A stretch of 64,000 nt of DNA, from the NCBI GenBank assembly GCA_035291665.1, contig DATDRP010000002.1, positions 1,085-65,084 of the forward strand, read 5' to 3'. The notes beneath the pieces were generated by a model that did no database searches, was not told the DNA's origin, and was given only the letters and a program-made list of their open reading frames with translations. The translations under genes and the position numbers were made by a program. Shown here piece by piece: positions 11,352 to 20,835 of the stretch. The stretch is from Patescibacteria group bacterium (GTDB lineage Bacteria > Patescibacteriota > Microgenomatia > UBA8517). Positions within the stretch are counted from its first letter, which is position 1. Each line of letters opens with the position of its first letter.

Positions 11352-11960
11352 ATGAATTCTTATACAGAAATCTTTTTTGATGTAGAAACAAAAAAGATAT
11401 TTGCCGATATTCCCGACTTTGATCCCGGGAAATTAGGTGTTTCAATCGTTTCCGTATACAAACGGATTATCGATGACAATTATACCGAAATTGAAGGTAA
11501 AATGGAAAGTTTTTGGGAAGAGGATTTTGACAAGATGTGGCCGGTTTTTAGCGATGCCAAAAGAATAATTGGCTTTAACACTTTGCGTTTTGATGTTGCC
11601 GCACTGAAACCTTATGCACCGCCATATTTTGCAAAACTTCCGCATTTTGATATCTATGCAGAGATTAAAAAAGTATCCGAACATGCAGCCGGTTTGTCTG
11701 CAATAGCAAAAGAAACGCTCGACAGGGATAAAATCGATGACGGACTTAATGCTGTGTATTACTGGGAAAAGGGTGATAAAGAAAGTCTTGAGAAATTAAA
11801 AAATTATTGTGAGGACGATGTCCTTTTGACAAAAGATATATATGAACATGCCCTGAAGCTTGGTGAAGTTTCATTCAAGGACCGATGGAATACACTCCGA
11901 AAAGTTAAGGTTGATTTTTCGTACCCGAAAGATGAAACACCTCAGTCCTCACTTTTTTAA
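11352..11960 (+). CDS. RNase H-like / DEDD exonuclease-fold protein (YprB/RNase_H_2-like)
   Basis: FFDVET, IGFN..FD, YCEDDV; first ATG at 11352. Confidence 0.82.
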   Translation: MNSYTEIFFDVETKKIFADIPDFDPGKLGVSIVSVYKRIIDDNYTEIEGKMESFWEEDFDKMWPVFSDAKRIIGFNTLRFDVAALKPYAPPYFAKLPHFDIYAEIKKVSEHAAGLSAIAKETLDRDKIDDGLNAVYYWEKGDKESLEKLKNYCEDDVLLTKDIYEHALKLGEVSFKDRWNTLRKVKVDFSYPKDETPQSSLF

Positions 11961-12012
11961 TTTCAAATCTATTTTAAAAGATTCTTTTACTCCCTACTAT
12001 AGGAAATAGTAC

Positions 12013-12768
12013 CTATCTTAAACCCACGATACATGCAAAACGGCCTTGTTGGGAAATGGGTAGATTATGCTCCCGTACATGGGAAAAGAACCTTTCATCT
12101 TTGGCCGTATCTATTCCGCTTTCGAAAAAGTTATTTTTTGAAACACCGGAATCGATCAACTGCTTTTTTACAAAACCCTGCAAATCTACCTTAAACTGAT
12201 CTCCAGCGATTTTATGCATGAAATCTTTCCATCTCGGGTCATCTTTTTGCGAAGGATTAACTTTTATGAACGAATCCTGATGAACAGAAGGTCCGATCCC
12301 GACAACCAAGTCGCCAATCTTTGAGTTATACTTTGACTTGAACTTTTCTACTACCTTTCCGGCAATATTTTTGTCCACGCCTTTCCACCCGGCATGGACC
12401 AGAGCAACGACATTATTAACGGGGTCGTAAATAATAATTGGCAGACAATCGGCAATAAGAAGAAAAAGATAAATCTCCTTTTTATCTGTTATCAACCCGT
12501 CAACTTTTACGGCTTTGTGATAATCAAGAATGCTGACTCCGGCTAACTTCGGATCTGCATCAATGATTTCATCTCCATGGGTCACCCACATACAAACTGT
12601 ACTTTTTATATCAACGTCGATATTGTTTAAAAAGTGGGCTCTGTTCTCCGACACCTTTTCAAAATCGTTAACCACTCCGTTAATCGAATTTGCCATGTTT
12701 CCATCACTCTTATCCGAAAAAACATGGAATAAATACTTATACTTAAGGAGTTGTGGAATTTTATACAT
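12013..12768 (-). CDS. pgeF: PgeF/YfiH laccase-domain purine nucleoside phosphorylase
   Basis: H...DGLIT, ADCLPI, HAGWKG, FFSH.R. Confidence 0.9.
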   Translation of the reverse strand: MYKIPQLLKYKYLFHVFSDKSDGNMANSINGVVNDFEKVSENRAHFLNNIDVDIKSTVCMWVTHGDEIIDADPKLAGVSILDYHKAVKVDGLITDKKEIYLFLLIADCLPIIIYDPVNNVVALVHAGWKGVDKNIAGKVVEKFKSKYNSKIGDLVVGIGPSVHQDSFIKVNPSQKDDPRWKDFMHKIAGDQFKVDLQGFVKKQLIDSGVSKNNFFESGIDTAKDERFFSHVREHNLPISQQGRFACIVGLR

Positions 12769-12777
12769 ATTAAAATA

Positions 12778-13326
12778 TTAAAGTAAATTTAAATCTTTTA
12801 TAAAATAATTGCCGGTCGCTACTTCCAGTCTTTTTTGATGTGTACCGTGTACAAATGCCTTTGCTTCATTGGAAGCCAAATCGATTGCTTTACCGATCCA
12901 TCCGTTCATTGTCGGAACGAATATTTCTTTAATGCCGTAGTTTTTCATATGTGGTATGCATCGAACACAAGTATAAACTTCCTTAAAAAATAACATTCCC
13001 GATTTCGGGAAAAAACCTGCCACATACAGTTGTGAGCGATTTATTGCATTGTTTTTTAATAGTGCATTGTTGATTGCTTCAATTTCAGCATGATTTGCCA
13101 TTCCCTGCCTTACGGGTCTAACAAGTTTCCCAATCGATAAATGAGCAATCGCACGATTAAATCCTTCGCCAACTACTATTCCATCATTAATAAGGATACT
13201 CCCATATCTTTCCACACCTTTTGACTGTCTGGCCAGTTTGATACATTGCAAATATTTTTCATCCTTCAAAATATCCGGGATGAACTTCTGCTCTACCGAA
13301 CCATTTTTCAATTCACAATACGTCAT
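12778..13326 (-). CDS. Zn-dependent nucleoside/nucleotide deaminase
   Basis: HAEIEAI and TCVRC (HxE...CxxC). Confidence 0.8.
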   Translation of the reverse strand: MTYCELKNGSVEQKFIPDILKDEKYLQCIKLARQSKGVERYGSILINDGIVVGEGFNRAIAHLSIGKLVRPVRQGMANHAEIEAINNALLKNNAINRSQLYVAGFFPKSGMLFFKEVYTCVRCIPHMKNYGIKEIFVPTMNGWIGKAIDLASNEAKAFVHGTHQKRLEVATGNYFIKDLNLL

Positions 13327-13456
13327 GATTTTTGATTAAGTAAATTATTATTGCCAATAAACACTTAACAAAGCCTGCTTGAAATACGTTAAATGCTTCA
13401 TAATTTTCAATATTTGATTACGAATTTATCAGCTTAGAAGGTATAATACAACCAGT

Positions 13457-14173
13457 ATGAAAATTGATATTTTGACACTTTTTCCCGATATGTTTACCGG
13501 CCCTTTTGGAACATCGATGCTCAAAAAAGCCCAAGATGACGGATTTGTTGAGATTAATATCCACAACCTTCGGGATTGGGCTACGGATAAACATAAAACT
13601 GTCGATGACCACCCGTATGGGGGTGGAGCGGGAATGGTAATCCGTGTTGATATTGTTGACCGGGCACTCCAAAATATTAAACCGAAAACAAAAAACCAAA
13701 AAACGAAAACTGTTTTGCTTTCAGCCAAAGGAGAGCTTTACACTCAACAAAAAGCTCTGGAATATTCAAAATTGGACCATCTTATATTGATTGCCGGACA
13801 TTATGAAGGTGTTGACGAAAGGGTTGCCCAGAATCTGATTGATGAGGAAATTTCCATCGGAGAATATGTTCTTACCGGTGGTGAAATCCCTACAATGGTG
13901 ATAACGGATTCGGTGGTACGGCTTATTCCGGGAGTTCTTAATCCCGATTCGTTATTGCAGGAGTCTCACTCCCCTATATCTCACTCACAGCCCACAACCC
14001 ACCCCCCACTTTCCTCTCCTACAACCTATAACCAACAACCCACAACTAATGTCGAGTATCCCCAATACACCCGTCCTGAAGATTACAACGGTTGGAAAGT
14101 TCCAGTTGTATTACTATCCGGCAACCACAAGGAAATAGAAAAGTGGAGAAAAGAAAAATCTTCCCATCCATAG
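13457..14173 (+). CDS. trmD: tRNA (guanine-N1)-methyltransferase
   Basis: VDDHPYGGGAGMV, GHYEGVDER, SIGEYVLTGGE, EYPQYTRP, LLSGNH. Confidence 0.98.
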   Translation: MKIDILTLFPDMFTGPFGTSMLKKAQDDGFVEINIHNLRDWATDKHKTVDDHPYGGGAGMVIRVDIVDRALQNIKPKTKNQKTKTVLLSAKGELYTQQKALEYSKLDHLILIAGHYEGVDERVAQNLIDEEISIGEYVLTGGEIPTMVITDSVVRLIPGVLNPDSLLQESHSPISHSQPTTHPPLSSPTTYNQQPTTNVEYPQYTRPEDYNGWKVPVVLLSGNHKEIEKWRKEKSSHP

Positions 14174-14196
14174 AATTTGTCAGTCACTATTTAAGT

Positions 14197-16851
14197 TTAC
14201 TCACGGATTCTCTCCGGTAAGGGAAGTAGATTAACAATTTCCCATCCCCCGTAAAATTCGTCTTTTTTTATTTGAACATGCAAAAAGGTCCGTAAAAATT
14301 CTCTGTCATTCCGTTTTTTGAAATACAGGTCAAGCTCGGTCTTTTTATTCCGGTACAAATTTCCATCCAATTTACAATGAATAAGACCGTTTCGCTCCAA
14401 AGTTACAAAATGTGTTTGCGAAGGCTGAAAATATCTCCAAGAGGCAATGCTCCCAATTGTTTTTTGTAATTTTTTGTTCTCTTCAAATTGATAATCGGGA
14501 AATATTTCCTCTGAAGGATCACCTGTAAAACTGACACCGAAATGCTGCATTTGGTGAAGCCCCAAATCAATTGAATCAACTGCTGCATCTTTCTTCACCC
14601 ATAACAAATTGTATGCGGTTTTTTGAATGATATTTGAACCAATCAGGTCATAACCCAATATAACTTTTCCATTTTCTGAGTACGTTTTACTGAGGGTTTT
14701 TGCGGGTGTCAAAAGCCCAATCCCCGATTCTCTTCTGGCAGCATTGAGATACACTTGTAATGGATACATTCCACCTCTCCCGGTTGCTGCTCTTCTGAGT
14801 CTGGAACTCCAAAATTCTGCTGGTTCCTCTTGCTTTGAAACCATCTCATGCAAAACTTCTTCTGTTTTTGCATCAGAATGACCCCTGGCAAATCCATACC
14901 CCACCCTGAATACATCGCTGAAAAGCTGATCCGATATTCCTTTGGGGTATTTGGAAAATATTAAATTTTTAATTTTAACGAACAAAACATCCTGCTCTAT
15001 ACCCGGGAGATTTTTTGACAACATTTTCAAAACCCTGTACGAATTCTCTTCACCCAGACCTAAACTTCCGACAAGTTGCATAATTTGTTCAGGATATAAA
15101 AAAACGCCTTCCGTATTCTTTGTAATCTTGACCAATTCGGGGTAAGGAGCATATATACTTGTTATGTTTTCAATCCCCTGATAAAGAGAACTTTTCGCCT
15201 TGGCAGAAGCTGGTCGTATGCTTCCTTCGATATTTGAAAGATCTTTAAATTCAGGTTTTCTCCCCGCTTTTTTCAAAGATTTTCCCATATGATTTATGGC
15301 AAGCATTGCGGTTGGACTTTCAATGGTTCCGATTCCAATTGTTGAATTTCTATCGTAAAAAATAGAGTCCAGAGCTTTACTAATCTGTGTAGTATTTATT
15401 TCATAAGTGTTATTTACTTCTTCCACAATACCCAATCCGATATTCGTAGGGAAATCATATTTTGGTGCGTGTATCACATCTTCGGCATCTTTCTTCTGCA
15501 TCTGAAGTACACCCGAATGATATATGGGGGCAATATCAACAGCAACTACTCCGGGGTGTACTATCACTTTACCCTCAGGAATATCCGCTTTTTCAATAAT
15601 TTCTTTATCTTTGTCTTTGAGACCGGAATTCTTCAACGAATCCTTTCTTAAATGCGAAACTATTCCCAGCACATGTGTCCGACCGGAACGAGTTGCATAT
15701 TTTACGAGTTTGGGCCTTCCTGAATCTGAAACTGAGCGGTCAATATCCGGAAAATCAACCATCCCAACTGCACCCATTCTGTACTCATTGATGAACCTGT
15801 CAAAATTCGTTGCCATTGCATCACTTGTACCAAATAAAACACTCACAGCCTGGCTATTACGACCGCTACCTTCAATATTGTTTGCGATATTTTTATCAAT
15901 ACAAAATAGATGGTGATCATACGATTCCAAAATATACCCAGCCAGATTGTACTTGTTGATTAACCTAAGCTCCATATTAATTCTTTCAATTACTTCCGGA
16001 CCGACTTTTTTTTGTGAAAGTTTATTTTCAATCAAGGCTCGCAAAACCCCACCAGCGCTCATCCCGCTATCAAACCACTTCATGATCTCAGGCTCCAAAA
16101 TCTTCGGTTGGGGAATGGGAACGTTAATCCCATCAGTAATCTCAAACGAGCGCTGAATTACATCAAGCCCCAATTCATGATAAAGTTTATAAATTTCTTC
16201 TTTGTCCGGAAATGTATGGAGTTTTAGATCCAGCCCCTCATACAGCTGAGGAATACTTGGAAATGCTTTACGCAGTATTTGATAGATATGGGCATCTTTT
16301 TCAGTAGCAACAGTCGGATGTGTAAGCACAAGCTTATGGTATTTTTGTTCCAAATTAAGCAAATTCGGAAGTGTATCTTTTGAAGGTGGAGTGTCCACCG
16401 CAATAAATACACCTTTTTCTCTTAATAAACCTTCATCTTCCACGAAATTGCCTCTTACAAGAGTGATTACATCCGGCTGAATTATTTCATCCCGATTCAG
16501 ATTACGATTTTTTGAAGCCAGATCTGAAATATTTTTAAGGCCTTCGATTGATTTTGCAATGAAAGTTATTTTTTCCGGAGGTGATAAAAAGCTTCTTCTG
16601 ACAGCGGGAAGTTCAATTCCTGGAAGTGCCCTGACTTTGTTCAAATCACAAAGTGAAAGATAAGTCCAAATACCGAAAAAATTATGATCAGTCAAAGCAG
16701 AAGGAATTCCCAATCGGATTGACTCCTCAATTATGTTGAGGGGAGAAGCTGAAGCTTCGAATCTTTGTCCTTTAAAGTCTCTTATTCTGGAATATATACT
16801 GCACGTTCGAACTGCAGCATATTCGAATTGAGGTACCTTTTCCCGTTCCAT
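14197..16851 (-). CDS. Divergent, shortened DNA polymerase III alpha (DnaE)-like protein
   Basis: PHP motifs ALTDH and PGIEL; GSG..S; FDRFIN...PDID; KYDF; LYPEQIMQ; GYGF..GHS; PAEF; OB-like FVTLE. Only 884 aa. Confidence 0.8.
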   Translation of the reverse strand: MEREKVPQFEYAAVRTCSIYSRIRDFKGQRFEASASPLNIIEESIRLGIPSALTDHNFFGIWTYLSLCDLNKVRALPGIELPAVRRSFLSPPEKITFIAKSIEGLKNISDLASKNRNLNRDEIIQPDVITLVRGNFVEDEGLLREKGVFIAVDTPPSKDTLPNLLNLEQKYHKLVLTHPTVATEKDAHIYQILRKAFPSIPQLYEGLDLKLHTFPDKEEIYKLYHELGLDVIQRSFEITDGINVPIPQPKILEPEIMKWFDSGMSAGGVLRALIENKLSQKKVGPEVIERINMELRLINKYNLAGYILESYDHHLFCIDKNIANNIEGSGRNSQAVSVLFGTSDAMATNFDRFINEYRMGAVGMVDFPDIDRSVSDSGRPKLVKYATRSGRTHVLGIVSHLRKDSLKNSGLKDKDKEIIEKADIPEGKVIVHPGVVAVDIAPIYHSGVLQMQKKDAEDVIHAPKYDFPTNIGLGIVEEVNNTYEINTTQISKALDSIFYDRNSTIGIGTIESPTAMLAINHMGKSLKKAGRKPEFKDLSNIEGSIRPASAKAKSSLYQGIENITSIYAPYPELVKITKNTEGVFLYPEQIMQLVGSLGLGEENSYRVLKMLSKNLPGIEQDVLFVKIKNLIFSKYPKGISDQLFSDVFRVGYGFARGHSDAKTEEVLHEMVSKQEEPAEFWSSRLRRAATGRGGMYPLQVYLNAARRESGIGLLTPAKTLSKTYSENGKVILGYDLIGSNIIQKTAYNLLWVKKDAAVDSIDLGLHQMQHFGVSFTGDPSEEIFPDYQFEENKKLQKTIGSIASWRYFQPSQTHFVTLERNGLIHCKLDGNLYRNKKTELDLYFKKRNDREFLRTFLHVQIKKDEFYGGWEIVNLLPLPERIRE

Positions 16852-16920
16852 ATAGAGCTATATAGATCCAAACTCTTAAGCCACTGTAATCAGCCACTAA
16901 TTATATAACTCCATGCAACT

Positions 16921-16960
16921 GCACACCCTTAGGGTGATACATGCGTACACCCTTTACCCA
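16921..16960 (+). repeat. REP-like repeat, type A (CACACCCTTAGGGTGA...TACACCCTTTACCC)
   Basis: Lies just past the RAYT stop codon; near-identical to 19403-19440. Confidence 0.85.
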
Positions 16961-16963
16961 AAC

Positions 16964-17629
16964 TCAATCAATTAATAAATATTTAATATTTCCAAGTTTC
17001 CGTTGATAATCAACTTGATTAGCTACAAATTTTCGATACATTAATCTTGAGCCTATAATTTCAAGAATTAGTTTTGAATCTACAAGGGTCTCTTTTTTAC
17101 CGAGATAAATCGGAAATGAGGTTAAGACGCTGTCTTTTAATTCTTTTGTATCCATTAAGTATGATGTCACCGGATTCAAATGGATGTATCTGGATACATG
17201 AAGCAGGGTTTCATCACTGCTGATATGCTTAGCTTTAAACGGATTTTGAAATAGTGAACCATGTCTTTTGTTTTTAACATTAAAATATTTTGCATAGCTA
17301 TTTTGGAAATTCGATAAAAAATTGCGGATTCCATTTTCAGCTGTTTGTCTGAGAAGTAAATGAAAATGATCAGGCATAAAACAGTACGCGTAAATTTCTA
17401 CAATCTTTTTATCAAATGAATTATTTTTAAGATAGTCCAGTTTCTGAAAATCTTTTAATTTATTGAAAAAGGAGTACCTTATAGTTTGCTCATAATGGTA
17501 AAAGGAAATTAAATTTAGAGCTCTTTCTATGTCTCTTTTCTTCGAGAAAGTCCATTCATTGGCAGTTGTCCTATTGTAAACATGGTAGGTTTCACCATTT
17601 GCAAACACAAGGTTGCGTTTTCTCGGCAT
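16964..17629 (-). CDS. REP-associated HUH tyrosine transposase (RAYT, Y1_Tnp family)
   Basis: YHVYNR, AYCFMPDHFHLLL, LFQ..F, RYIHLNPV; flanked by inverted REP copies; no tnpB. Confidence 0.9.
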   Translation of the reverse strand: MPRKRNLVFANGETYHVYNRTTANEWTFSKKRDIERALNLISFYHYEQTIRYSFFNKLKDFQKLDYLKNNSFDKKIVEIYAYCFMPDHFHLLLRQTAENGIRNFLSNFQNSYAKYFNVKNKRHGSLFQNPFKAKHISSDETLLHVSRYIHLNPVTSYLMDTKELKDSVLTSFPIYLGKKETLVDSKLILEIIGSRLMYRKFVANQVDYQRKLGNIKYLLID

Positions 17630-17643
17630 AGAAGATTTATAAT

Positions 17644-17767
17644 TTATTTTACAGATTTGGGGGTAGGGTGTAAATACAATTTCACCCTTGGGGTGTAAGG
17701 ATTTATTATTTTACAGATTTGGGGGTAGGGTGTAAATACAATTTCACCCTTGGGGTGTAAGGATTTA
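17644..17767 (-). repeat. Exact 62-bp tandem duplication, each unit containing a reverse type A REP
   Basis: 17644-17705 equals 17706-17767; the second unit ends in the sortase stop codon. Confidence 0.92.
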
Positions 17768-18322
17768 CTCCGATAAAATTGCAGTTACAACGAAGCGTTT
17801 TGTATCAAAAAATCCGCTGCAAGTATAAAGAGTTATTCTTCTATCTTCGGTCGGATTAAGAATCGAGGATTGGTAAGGTCCCACCTCCTGAGTAAAATGG
17901 ACGACAAATTTTCTGGTTGCTCCGCTTGCAAAATCTACATAAATCTCGTCATCCGGCTTAACTTTTGTCAGACTTTTTAATAAATTTGGGAAATTATGCC
18001 CGTAGATGATGCTGTTTCCTATTTCACCGGGGACGGGTGACGTTTCCAAATAGGAAACACCCTTTTTTGTCGATTCCCATCGGTTATTCACAATCTTGGA
18101 AGGAATTATCGGTAAGCTGGAGTCAATTGAAGGAATCCTTAATATTGTAGGATTAGAAAAGTCTGCCGGAACATTCCCGCTTATCAAACTGCTATTTTGA
18201 ACTTCCGGTGCCTGATTAAATTGAAGTCTTACAGAACTATTCCTCTCCCATATCAAATATCCAAAAGCACCAAATCCGATTAAACCCAAAAGAATTAGAA
18301 GGTTGGCAAATGCTTTACGCAT
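17765..18322 (-). CDS. Sortase (class D/E-like)
   Basis: N-terminal TM, PGEIGNSIIYGH, ITLYTC, KRFVV (His/Cys/Arg triad). Confidence 0.92.
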   Translation of the reverse strand: MRKAFANLLILLGLIGFGAFGYLIWERNSSVRLQFNQAPEVQNSSLISGNVPADFSNPTILRIPSIDSSLPIIPSKIVNNRWESTKKGVSYLETSPVPGEIGNSIIYGHNFPNLLKSLTKVKPDDEIYVDFASGATRKFVVHFTQEVGPYQSSILNPTEDRRITLYTCSGFFDTKRFVVTAILSE

Positions 18323-18354
18323 AAATAAATATAAAGAAAATTACTAACTTAAGC

Positions 18355-19188
18355 TTAGTTGGCTTTTTTACGAAGCGCAACTCCTGCACTTGTCAGAAGT
18401 AGTGAAGCTGCAAAGACTGAGTATAAAATAGCTGAATTTCCGGTTGTTGCCAATCCGAGGACCGATCCGCCTCCGATTACTCTGTTTGAAGAAGGTTCAG
18501 ATGGCATACAATTATTGACTGCGTAGACAACAAAGTAATAGGTTGCATTAGGATCAAGAGCCTCAACTGTATAGCTGGTTACGTTTCCGGTATTAGGTAC
18601 ACCGTAAGGGTATTCTCCCAATTTTGTTCCGTAAGCCAGTGTGTAATGAGTGGCAAATTCCTCTTTTGTCCAGGTTATGGTTGCTTTACTTCCTGACTTT
18701 ACGACTGAAAGGATTTCAGGTGCATCCGGCCTTCTTGAATCACAAACCGGTGCTCCGGGAGGATTGTGCGGAGGATTGTCAGGTGGATTTGATTTGCAGC
18801 TATAATTGGCATTTTGGGCCAAATAAGGTGAGGATTCCAATCCCCAATCTGCTCCTGACGGAACGTAGTACCAACCAAGTTTTGTTAAAATATCAATTGC
18901 TGTTTGTTCAAGAGAACTAATTTTCCACCAATTTGTTTGAATTCCGCTTCCGTCTTCAGCACAAAAACACTGAATAAGATTCTCTCCTGTGTAATATACT
19001 GCATCCGACCCGCTGACACCTGTTTCACGGCCGACAATATAATGAGTTCCTGAGTCATAACTTACTTTTTTTGTCCCTTGGGGATTTGAACATGAAGGAA
19101 AGCTTGGTGCCTCAGTTGCTGAAACTGCTGCGGCCAAGACAAATACTAAGATCACCTGTGCTACGATAAATGCGACTCTTTTCAACAT
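18355..19188 (-). CDS. Secreted Cys-rich fibronectin-III protein with an LPxTG-like sorting signal
   Basis: Signal peptide; Fn3 (YTVEALDPNATYYFVVYAVN); VLGLATTG + TM + RKK tail. Confidence 0.8.
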   Translation of the reverse strand: MLKRVAFIVAQVILVFVLAAAVSATEAPSFPSCSNPQGTKKVSYDSGTHYIVGRETGVSGSDAVYYTGENLIQCFCAEDGSGIQTNWWKISSLEQTAIDILTKLGWYYVPSGADWGLESSPYLAQNANYSCKSNPPDNPPHNPPGAPVCDSRRPDAPEILSVVKSGSKATITWTKEEFATHYTLAYGTKLGEYPYGVPNTGNVTSYTVEALDPNATYYFVVYAVNNCMPSEPSSNRVIGGGSVLGLATTGNSAILYSVFAASLLLTSAGVALRKKAN

Positions 19189-19238
19189 AAATTTTGTTTT
19201 TCTGGGCAGAAAACAGGGTACTAACTAACTATGGCGGA

Positions 19239-19268
19239 ATTATATAACATTATAGGAAGTTATGTCAA
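19239..19268 (-). promoter_or_regulatory. Sigma70-type promoter TTGACA-N18-TATAAT for the Fn3/sortase pair
   Basis: tgtcaa at 19263-19268 and attata at 19239-19244 on the + strand. Confidence 0.55.
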
Positions 19269-19402
19269 GTATTTTATATATCTTGATATATCGACTATCA
19301 ACCAGTCTGGGATCAACATACAATGAGTGAGATACAAATAAATTTTTAATATAGGCTTATACTATTATATATACTTATCTCAAACACCATAATTGCACAC
19401 TT

Positions 19403-19526
19403 GCACACCCTTAGGGTGAAACATGCGTACACCCTTTACTCTCCGCATATAAACTTGATCATAACCTGAACGATTGAGGGTTTTCGGGGTAAAGGGTGTA
19501 AATATAATTTCACCCTTGGGGTGTAA
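19403..19526. repeat. Inverted pair of type A REPs (REPIN-like)
   Basis: Forward copy at 19403-19440, reverse copy at 19486-19526. Confidence 0.85.
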
Positions 19527-19535
19527 ATGCATTGC

Positions 19536-20699
19536 TCACAACTCACAACTACTGACACTCTCTCCGTTTACGCACTGATCCGTATCTGAATTTCCATGAA
19601 GCGTATCCGTTTCGGTTCCTCCATCCAGAAAATCATTTCCTGAGTTTCCTCTCATCGTGTCGTTACCCGCTTCACCATAAACCTTATCGTTATCTGACCC
19701 CCCCCGAAGCTCATCATTCCCGGCTCCCCCGTAAATTTCATCATTTCCTGACTCACCGTCAATATTATCCTGTCCCTCGCCACCTTCAGCGTAGTCGTCA
19801 TCTGATCCGAGATCAATATTATCGTTTCCCAAACCTCCGTACGCTTTATCCTTCCCTGAACCTGTTTCTATTTTATCGTTCCCTTCCCCACCATAAACCG
19901 TGTCATTGCCATACCCGCCGTCTATCTTGTCATTTCCCGGTCCTCCCAAAATTACTTCATCGCCGGATTCACCGACCAGGTGGTCGTTTCCCTCACCGCC
20001 AACAATACAATCACTATCACTACTGGCCCAAACTTTATCATTTCCCCCATATGCCAGGATTAACTCCGGTTGAACCGACCCGTAAATACGCTCACTTTCG
20101 TCAGTTCCTTCAACAATCCTGCCAAAAGTCATATGCCGACACTCGGGTGGAATTTTATTGTCAGAAATTTCAGTCGACCAGGACAAATCAAATTTCAACC
20201 TGGCATTTTGATATTCATTACCCGCTTCGGGAGGAAATTTGACCGTCATACAAAAAGCTCTTTCCTGACCGGGATCAAAATTGCCCAAATTTACAGCTTC
20301 AAGCTCATCAAAAAAATTACGCATTGTCTTGAAGCCGTTTGATCCTCCATAAAAATCACCAAATCCGGTTTCATCAACAATCACTTCCAGTATTCCAGAA
20401 AAATCCTTCTCTTCGGATCCGAATATCGCTCGCATCAATACATCAAATGACTCAGTTTCATTTACATTTTTTATCTTGAAGCACCTCTTTTCAACGTCCC
20501 CCGGCTTCATGTCATCAAGTGTAAAAATGGGATCAGGCACTCCGCCACCTTCGTAAGTTACTTCAATAAGATCAACCTCCTCCACCTCGCTTGCTTGAGC
20601 CTGTTTTATAACAGTCATCACTCCGTAGGCCACAAATGGAAGCAACAATAATAACAATATTCTCTTATTCATTTTTATTCTATTTATTAGTTTCAGCAT
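19536..20699 (-). CDS. Secreted TasA/camelysin-like domain fused to RTX Ca-binding repeats
   Basis: Signal peptide; DMKPGD...AGNEYQN; many GGxGND nonapeptides. Confidence 0.8.
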   Translation of the reverse strand: MLKLINRIKMNKRILLLLLLPFVAYGVMTVIKQAQASEVEEVDLIEVTYEGGGVPDPIFTLDDMKPGDVEKRCFKIKNVNETESFDVLMRAIFGSEEKDFSGILEVIVDETGFGDFYGGSNGFKTMRNFFDELEAVNLGNFDPGQERAFCMTVKFPPEAGNEYQNARLKFDLSWSTEISDNKIPPECRHMTFGRIVEGTDESERIYGSVQPELILAYGGNDKVWASSDSDCIVGGEGNDHLVGESGDEVILGGPGNDKIDGGYGNDTVYGGEGNDKIETGSGKDKAYGGLGNDNIDLGSDDDYAEGGEGQDNIDGESGNDEIYGGAGNDELRGGSDNDKVYGEAGNDTMRGNSGNDFLDGGTETDTLHGNSDTDQCVNGESVSSCEL

Positions 20700-20835
20700 A
20701 TTCTTACTATATACACCGCTTCGACCTTGCTCAGTGTCTTTACTTACAGGGGTTCCCCTTTAAAGGTCGATACTCAAATTTCTAAGTACTCTAATTAACC
20801 TAATTTCTAATTAAAATCCAATACCCAATTACTAA

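Noticed and set aside
12778-16851. Deaminase plus DnaE as a mutagenesis or defence cassette
   Set aside because: They are separated by trmD on the opposite strand; no evidence of a shared operon.
16964-17629. IS200/IS605 insertion sequence
   Set aside because: Longer than IS200 TnpA, has the RAYT-type YIHLNPV motif, has no tnpB, and the flanking hairpins are dispersed multi-copy REPs.
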